From Anaerolineae bacterium (GTDB lineage: Bacteria; Chloroflexota; Anaerolineae; E26-bin7), in contig JAOZOT010000004.1 of assembly GCA_029933115.1 (NCBI GenBank), positions 1 through 35,941 of the forward strand: a DNA stretch of 35,941 nucleotides. The letters run 5' to 3'. Position numbers and translations under genes: made by a program. A model generated the notes under the pieces. That model did no database searches. It saw only the letters and a program-made list of their open reading frames with translations, and had not been told where the DNA came from. This document shows, piece by piece, positions 30,824 to 35,941 of the stretch; position 1 is the first letter of the stretch; each line of letters begins with the position of its first letter.

Positions 30824-33800
30824 GTGTCCAAAAATTCGGGAGGCGGCGTTCGTAGGAACGACTTCAGTCGCGGGGACGCGATAGATGAGGAGCGGGCCCC
30901 AAGCCGACAATTGAACAAGGAGGCCACCAGTTCATCTCGTGCGGCCAGAGCGGACCTTCTGGCTCTGCTGGGCTTTGGCCTGCTGACCCTGCTGATGATC
31001 TACCCTCTATCCTTACACTTGGCTGAGGCCCTTCAGGACACTTCCGATTCCCTGCTCAACTTGTGGATCACTAACTGGCAGGCCCATCAACTCCTCATCT
31101 CCCCCCTTCAGCTTTTTGACACCAATATCTTCTACCCTTATCCCAACACCCTGGCCTACTCGGAGATTCTCTTCCCCAACGTTCTGCTCGGCCTGCCCCT
31201 CTTCGTCTTCACCGATAACCACATCTTGACCTACAACTTGCTGTTCCTGCTCAGCTTCGTCCTGTCGGCCCTGGGCCTCTACCTGCTGGCCTACCGCCTG
31301 TCAGGAAGCCGTTATGCGGCCTTTATCGCCGGCCTGGTCTTTGCTTTCTCCCCCTATCGTGCCGGCCACCTCAGCCAGTTGCAACTGCTGACCATGCAGT
31401 GGATGCCATTGGCCCTGCTGTACCTGGACCGCTACCTTGGAAGGCGAAAAGCCAAAGACGGTCTGCTCTTTTGCGCTTTCTTCACTGCTCAATGTCTGTC
31501 ATCTTTTTACTACGCCTTCTACATGGGGCTGGCGGTGGGGCTGTACCTCCTGTACTATTTCATCCTTCGCCGGCAGAAGGTTTCACTTTCTTTGATCCTG
31601 AGACTAGCCCTTCTGGGCGGACTGATAGCGGTTCTCATTACCCCCTTCGCCTGGCCCTACTTTCAGGTCAACCGCGATCTGGGTGTGGAGAGAACGCTGC
31701 CTGAGTTGGTTGCCTTTTCCCCCAGGCTGCGCACTCTCCTGAAAGGCTACCTTTTACCCTGCTGGGCAGTTCTTGTCCTGGCCGTGCCGGGCTTTTTTCG
31801 GGCGGCAAAAGGACGGACTCCCAGCAGCCTCGGCCAGAAGGGAAACGCCGTTTTCTACCTTATCCTGGCTCTCTTTGGTCTGGTCATGGCCCTGGGGCCT
31901 ACACTGCGGGTCAGCAAGAACCTGGAGTGGCCCGCTTTTCCCATGCCCTATCGGTTCTTCTTCGCGTATTTTCCCGGCTTCAAGGCCATGCGTGCTCCCG
32001 GCCGCTTCTTCAGTCTCACCACCCTGAGCCTGGGAGTGCTGGCTGCTCTGGGAATCGCCAGTCTGGAGAAAGCGCTTGCCCTCCTGGTTCACCGTTCGCC
32101 GTTCGTCATTCGCCATTCGCTAATACGGACCGGCGTCTTCCTGCTGGTACTGTACCCTCTGCTGTTGAGAAGCTGGGCTCACGTGAGTGTCGCTTTCATC
32201 GAGGGGAGAGAGCGCCTACCCCCGGTCTATCGCTGGTTGGCCCGGCAATCGCCTACGGTGATTGTAGAACTACCTTTGGCTTTCCGCCTGGCCGATCCTC
32301 CGCCGGTGGAATCCATTGACCCCAGCCTGGTCTGGCCCACCTACAACCTCTTCCGCTATCAATATTTCTCCACCTACCACTGGCAGGAGAGCATTGACGG
32401 CTACAGCGGCTTTGTCCCCCCCCGACACGGGGAAATAGAATGGGAGATGGAGCATTTCCCTTCAGAGCGGGCCATCAGCCTCTTGCAGGGTCTGGATGTG
32501 GAATACGTTGTCCTCCACGAGGCATTGTACCAGGCTTACCGGCCGGAACGCTGGCCTGAGATCCAGGAAGCCCTGCCCGCCTTCAGAGAACTGACCCTGG
32601 TGGAACAATTCGGCCAAGATTACGTCTATCAGGTGCAACGCCGAACCCAGGCCAGGGAGAGCCTTGAAGTCAAAGGGTTCTTCCCCGCGCAGGCTGTCCC
32701 TGGCGAGAAGTACACAGCCTATCTGCTGATAGCCAACACCGGAGCGCGTAGCTACGCCATCAAGCCTATCGAGCGGCTGCCTGTGACAGCCACTTGGCGC
32801 GCCGATGGTGGCAAGGGCCCCGGCCAGCAACAACAAACCGTGCGGGTCGCAGTGGAAATGCCTCTCGTCATCTCCGGAGCCTCTGTGGTGCCGGTGAGCT
32901 TCCCGTCACCAATCACTCCCGGCGAATATCACCTCCTGCTCGAGGCCGCTGCCGGCCCCCTTCCTCCCTTCAGCCTAGAAGGGTCGGTGTCTGTGGGTGA
33001 GGGAGCGGAAAGGGCTGCGGAGCCGGTGCCGGTGCGACTCTACGACTACAGCCTCGACCAGGACAGATATGCCCCCGGCGACACCCTACGCCTCACCCTG
33101 CACTGGGAGGCTTTGGACAGGTTGATGGGAGACTGTAGCGCCTCCGTCAAGCTACTGGATGTGGACGGCGCAGTCCTGGCTCAGCAGGACAGCGCCTTGT
33201 ATCGGGCTTGGCAGCCAGTGTCCTGGCTGCCAGGGGATAGGATAGCCGACCGGCACGAACTCGAGATACCACCCAACACCCCGTTGGGACGCTACCGGCT
33301 TCAGATAAGCCTCTACCGGCCAGCAGACCTTTCCACGCTTCTCCCTCTGGGCGAGGAGACGACGCCTGTAGAGGACATCTCTACCTGGGTAAAAGTCAAG
33401 CCCCCTGGGTCTGAGCAGCTATCCATCCAACACCCCTTGCACGTCAACCTGGGCGACCGGGTAACCCTCCTGGGTTACGATGTGCGCCCCGAAGCAGTCC
33501 AGCCTGGCCAGCCCCTGGATTTGACCTTGTATTGGCAGGCTCGCCGGGAGATGACCGGCGATTACACCGTCTTCACCCACTTGGTCGCCGCCGAGGGCCG
33601 CATCGTGGCTCAACAGGACAACCGGCCGGCCGAAGGTCGCTACCCTACCTCCGCCTGGGATGCAGGGGAGATCGTGGTGGATCGGTATCACCTGACCATC
33701 CCCCCCGACGCTCCCGACGGTGAATACCATCTGGAGGTGGGGATGTACCTTCTCTCAACTCTGGAGCGGCTCAAAATCGTCGGTGGAAGTGAAGAGGGCC

Positions 33801-33847
33801 AGGACCGGATTTTGCTTGGTCTAGTCTTTGTGAGGCGAGGTTCATGA
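30824..33847 (+). CDS. Large membrane protein: N-terminal polytopic GT-C-like (PMT/ArnT-type) region + C-terminal repeated beta-rich modules
   Basis: The first 470 aa or so contain many TM helices with an early loop, DTSDSLLNLWITNW...NIFYPYPNTLAYSE. The C-terminus carries two related modules (TLRLTLHWEAL...YRLQISLY and LDLTLYWQAR...YHLEVGMY), which I recall from carrier-lipid-dependent glycosyltransferases. The start is uncertain: codons 9-16 after GTG 30824 are a REP-like element, and TTG 30911 is an alternative. Confidence 0.5.
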   Translation: MSKNSGGGVRRNDFSRGDAIDEERAPSRQLNKEATSSSRAARADLLALLGFGLLTLLMIYPLSLHLAEALQDTSDSLLNLWITNWQAHQLLISPLQLFDTNIFYPYPNTLAYSEILFPNVLLGLPLFVFTDNHILTYNLLFLLSFVLSALGLYLLAYRLSGSRYAAFIAGLVFAFSPYRAGHLSQLQLLTMQWMPLALLYLDRYLGRRKAKDGLLFCAFFTAQCLSSFYYAFYMGLAVGLYLLYYFILRRQKVSLSLILRLALLGGLIAVLITPFAWPYFQVNRDLGVERTLPELVAFSPRLRTLLKGYLLPCWAVLVLAVPGFFRAAKGRTPSSLGQKGNAVFYLILALFGLVMALGPTLRVSKNLEWPAFPMPYRFFFAYFPGFKAMRAPGRFFSLTTLSLGVLAALGIASLEKALALLVHRSPFVIRHSLIRTGVFLLVLYPLLLRSWAHVSVAFIEGRERLPPVYRWLARQSPTVIVELPLAFRLADPPPVESIDPSLVWPTYNLFRYQYFSTYHWQESIDGYSGFVPPRHGEIEWEMEHFPSERAISLLQGLDVEYVVLHEALYQAYRPERWPEIQEALPAFRELTLVEQFGQDYVYQVQRRTQARESLEVKGFFPAQAVPGEKYTAYLLIANTGARSYAIKPIERLPVTATWRADGGKGPGQQQQTVRVAVEMPLVISGASVVPVSFPSPITPGEYHLLLEAAAGPLPPFSLEGSVSVGEGAERAAEPVPVRLYDYSLDQDRYAPGDTLRLTLHWEALDRLMGDCSASVKLLDVDGAVLAQQDSALYRAWQPVSWLPGDRIADRHELEIPPNTPLGRYRLQISLYRPADLSTLLPLGEETTPVEDISTWVKVKPPGSEQLSIQHPLHVNLGDRVTLLGYDVRPEAVQPGQPLDLTLYWQARREMTGDYTVFTHLVAAEGRIVAQQDNRPAEGRYPTSAWDAGEIVVDRYHLTIPPDAPDGEYHLEVGMYLLSTLERLKIVGGSEEGQDRILLGLVFVRRGS
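30850..30870. repeat. REP-like element TCGTAGGAACGACTTCAGTCG
   Basis: It is identical at 20 of 21 positions to 35882-35902 (TCGTAGTAACGACTTCAGTCG). The core forms an ACGAC-ttca-GTCG(T) hairpin. Confidence 0.6.
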
Positions 33848-34419
33848 AAAGACTGATAATAGGCATATCCGGCGCTTCAGCCGTGATTTATGGGATAAGA
33901 CTGCTGAAAGTACTGAAGGAGGCCGAAGTCGAGACTCATCTGGTGATTACTCCGGCGGCCAAGGAAATCATCCTTCTGGAGACAGACCTGGCAGTGGAGG
34001 AGGTGGAAGCGATGGCCGACTGTGTCTACGACATAGATGACATTGGAGCAACTATCGCCAGTGGCTCCTTCCAGACCGATGGCATGGTCATCATACCTTG
34101 CTCCATCAAAAGCTTGTCGGGCATAGCCAACTCGTACAGTACTAACCTGTTGCTGCGGGCCGCCGACGTCACCTTGAAGGAAAGAAGAAGGTTGGTAGCT
34201 GTAGTGCGGGAGACCCCTCTGCACAGAGGGCACCTGCAACTGATGTTGAGAGCGACCGACATGGGAGCCATCATATTCCCTCCGCTGCCGGCCTTTTATC
34301 ACCGGCCCAAAACAATCGAGGACATCGTTGATCACACAGTGGGCCGGGTTCTCGACCTTTTTGGGATTGACCACGCCCTCTTCGCGAGATGGAGAGGCCA
34401 GCCCTTGCCAAGTAGCTAA
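33844..34419 (+). CDS. ubiX: Flavin prenyltransferase UbiX (prenyl-FMN synthase)
   Basis: It matches E. coli UbiX as recalled along its length: MKRLIIGISGASAVIYGIRLL, SGSFQTDGMVIIPCSIKSLSGIA, RAADVTLKERRRLV, RETPLH, PPLPAFYHRP. It has an ATGA overlap with the upstream gene. Confidence 0.9.
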   Translation: MKRLIIGISGASAVIYGIRLLKVLKEAEVETHLVITPAAKEIILLETDLAVEEVEAMADCVYDIDDIGATIASGSFQTDGMVIIPCSIKSLSGIANSYSTNLLLRAADVTLKERRRLVAVVRETPLHRGHLQLMLRATDMGAIIFPPLPAFYHRPKTIEDIVDHTVGRVLDLFGIDHALFARWRGQPLPSS

Positions 34420-34472
34420 CGCTCGGTCATCCCTATTCCACAAATTTTAACCATATTATGTCAATCAAGGTA

Positions 34473-34501
34473 TTGAAATCTGGCCCAATATGGTGTATAA
34501 T
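34473..34501 (+). promoter_or_regulatory. Near-consensus sigma-70-like promoter TTGAAA-17 nt-TATAAT
   Basis: Hexamers and spacer were counted directly. The promoter lies about 95 nt upstream of the LysM gene start. Confidence 0.45.
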
Positions 34502-34597
34502 GAAAGCACTGATAGGGATTCGTCCTGCTCTACATTCCCTGAGAGGCCAACGCATCACAAACACATTCGCCCTTGGCGAAGAAGGAGGACATCGGTT

Positions 34598-34987
34598 ATG
34601 AGGAAAGCAATGATTGTTTTGGCAACCGTTTTGATTCTAGGCTTGCTGACGACGGCCGTCAGCTACGCGGCCCCGCCCGCCTACGGGCCAATCTATCACT
34701 GCGTCAGGTATGGCGAGACCTTGTTCTCCATTGGACGTTTGTATGGGGTCAACCCCTACGCCATTGCCAGCGCCAACGGCATCTCGAACCCGAACCTCAT
34801 TTACGCCGGGCAGTGGCTTCTCATCCCCACCTGTTGCGCCTATTCTCGTATCCACGTTGTCGCCTATGGTGAGACCCTCTTGTCAATATCCAGGCTGTAT
34901 GGGGTGAGCCCCTGGTCCATCGCCCAGGCCAATGGCATCTGGAACCTCAACTACATCTACGCTGGCCAGCGCCTGGTCATCCCCTGA
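34598..34987 (+). CDS. Secreted protein with two LysM peptidoglycan-binding domains
   Basis: Signal peptide MRKAMIVLATVLILGLLTTAVSYA. Two LysM repeats: YHCVRYGETLFSIGRLYGVNPYAIASANGISNPNLIYAGQWLLIP and IHVVAYGETLLSISRLYGVSPWSIAQANGIWNLNYIYAGQRLVIP. ATG at 34598 is preceded by GAAGGAGGA. The ORF-track start at 34490 was not used. Confidence 0.85.
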   Translation: MRKAMIVLATVLILGLLTTAVSYAAPPAYGPIYHCVRYGETLFSIGRLYGVNPYAIASANGISNPNLIYAGQWLLIPTCCAYSRIHVVAYGETLLSISRLYGVSPWSIAQANGIWNLNYIYAGQRLVIP

Positions 34988-35188
34988 CCGAGCACTGAAC
35001 ACGAAGACACGAGAGGTGCGAAGGAACGAGGGGTACAAATTCGGTTCTAGACGGGTGGTTGGCGTTTGCGAGGTGTGCCTGTAGAGCCCAAGGCATAATG
35101 GGGCAGGGTTTGCATCTTCTTGAACAACCGAGACGCTCAGGATGACTCCACGCTGGAGGCCAGAAATGGAGTTGTTTTGAGCGAGTTC

Positions 35189-35851
35189 CTACAGCGTCTC
35201 CACCGTGGGGGTGGTGTCTGTCGGGGTCTCTGTGGCCGTCGGTGTATAGGTTGCTGTGGGCGTATCAGTGGGCGAGCTCGTAGCTGAGGGCGTGAGAGTA
35301 GGCGAGCTCGTAGCTGAGGGCGTGGGAGTGGAGGTAGCGGTCGGCGTGCTGGTTCCTGTAGGCGTGGCTGTGCCTGTGGGTGTGGCAGTGAACGAGGCCG
35401 TGGGAGTAGGCGAAGGTGTGACGGTGGCCGTGCCCGTGGCTGTAGACGTGGCAGTGGGAGACGGCGTACCTGTGGCTGTGGGCGTAGCGGTCGCTTCTGC
35501 GGTCGGTGTGACAGTAACAACTGGCGTCGCCGTGTTGGTAGGCGAAGGCAGAGGAGTGTAGGTAGCTGTGGGCTGTGGTGGTGGCAGTGTCGGTGAAGGC
35601 CACGACTGGGTTGGCGTGGGCCGCAAAGTGGGAGTTGGAGACTTGGTGGCCGGAGGTGAGAGAGGCAGCCAGGTAGGCACTGCTCTGGTAGGAGGCAGGG
35701 GGGTAGTAGGCACCGGGGGAGCGACGGCCAAAGCCGCCAGCCCCAGGCAATAGCAAGGCAGAGTCAAAACAATTATGGCACTGAGCAGTCCATAAGTTGT
35801 CCTCTGTTCATCTGACAGAGCGGCGTACCAGGCTACCAACTTTTTCAGCAC
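35189..35851 (-). CDS. N-terminally membrane-anchored Pro/Thr-rich low-complexity protein
   Basis: The GTG start is preceded by GGAGGAGGG. One hydrophobic helix ([22 protein letters not shown]) is followed by about 170 aa of (T/S/A)-P-T repeats. I recognise no globular domain. Confidence 0.55.
   Translation of the reverse strand: MLKKLVAWYAALSDEQRTTYGLLSAIIVLTLPCYCLGLAALAVAPPVPTTPLPPTRAVPTWLPLSPPATKSPTPTLRPTPTQSWPSPTLPPPQPTATYTPLPSPTNTATPVVTVTPTAEATATPTATGTPSPTATSTATGTATVTPSPTPTASFTATPTGTATPTGTSTPTATSTPTPSATSSPTLTPSATSSPTDTPTATYTPTATETPTDTTPTVETL
35271..35330. repeat. 2 x 30-nt tandem repeat inside the Pro/Thr-rich CDS
   Basis: GGCGAGCTCGTAGCTGAGGGCGTGAGAGTA and GGCGAGCTCGTAGCTGAGGGCGTGGGAGTG are identical at 28 of 30 positions by manual comparison. 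They encode the repeated ...PSATSSPT... units on the minus strand. Confidence 0.9.
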
Positions 35852-35881
35852 AATCCCTCCTCCGGGAAGCCCTCAGAGCGC

Positions 35882-35902
35882 TCGTAGTAACGACTTCAGT
35901 CG
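35882..35902. repeat. REP-like element TCGTAGTAACGACTTCAGTCG (AACGAC-ttca-GTCGTT hairpin)
   Basis: Matches 30850-30870 at 20 of 21 positions. It is preceded by GCTCGTAGT, shared with 6862-6870. A related GCGACTCAAGTC is truncated by the window end (35930-35941). Confidence 0.6.
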
Positions 35903-35941
35903 TTTTTAGCCGCAGAGCACCGGTCGTTAGCGACTCAAGTC

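Noticed and set aside
34502-34597. The 5' leader of the LysM gene, checked for a c-di-AMP (ydaO-type) or other riboswitch, since these often precede cell-wall hydrolase/LysM genes.
   Set aside because: I could not recognise the conserved ydaO core elements or a convincing terminator/anti-terminator pair by eye. The leader is only about 95 nt. This needs an Infernal scan to be certain.
35271-35330. Tandem 30-nt repeat, checked as a possible CRISPR or minisatellite.
   Set aside because: There are only two adjacent units with no spacers, lying inside a coding low-complexity tract. It is not a CRISPR array.
35256-35756. Plus-strand 101-aa ORF (VGV/AVG repeats) and the alternative minus-frame 163-aa and 127-aa ORFs overlapping the Pro/Thr-rich gene.
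   Set aside because: Repetitive DNA keeps several frames open. Only the 35189-35851 frame has a strong SD (GGAGGAGGG), a start codon and a plausible TM anchor.
1-35941. Search for mobile-element, defence-system, CRISPR, tRNA or rRNA signatures across the whole window.
   Set aside because: None of the following was recognised in any frame: transposase, integrase, recombinase, restriction-modification, Cas, toxin-antitoxin, reverse transcriptase, nuclease-ATPase pairs, tRNA-like T-arm (GGTTCGAATCC-type) or rRNA segments. The window reads as ordinary chromosome enriched in signalling genes.

Overview
This looks like a chromosomal, non-mobile region of a moderately GC-rich bacterium. Gene content (DUF3048 lipoprotein, Pro/Thr-rich linkers, giant multi-GAF kinases, REP-like hairpins) hints at a Chloroflexota-like organism, but that is a low-confidence inference. 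Twenty-four consecutive plus-strand CDSs (3423-34987) are flanked by minus-strand genes at both ends.

The core, about 3.4-29.1 kb, is a very dense signal-transduction supercluster. It contains: a PATAN/DUF4388 protein plus a Ras-like GTPase; two paralogous alpha/beta-hydrolase + V4R cassettes; a hexapeptide-repeat protein plus an acyl-ACP-reductase-like oxidoreductase; a REC protein with a degenerate GGDEF domain; four histidine kinases carrying 13 GAF modules between them; a complete RsbR-RsbS-RsbT-RsbX stressosome-type module with an extra RsbT paralog; and single-domain CheY-like receivers. I found no sigma factor, no RsbU/V/W and no DNA-binding output domain.

The remaining genes are housekeeping or envelope genes: tpiA, ubiX, a PHP phosphoesterase, a DUF3048 lipoprotein, an M50-like membrane protease, a GT-C-like giant membrane protein, a LysM protein and a Pro/Thr-rich anchored protein. 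I saw no rRNA, tRNA, CRISPR array, transposase/integrase or recognisable defence gene.

The most interesting candidates are the two-kinase stressosome wired into histidine kinases and the duplicated hydrolase-V4R cassettes that bracket the kinase island. All functional links between them are inference.
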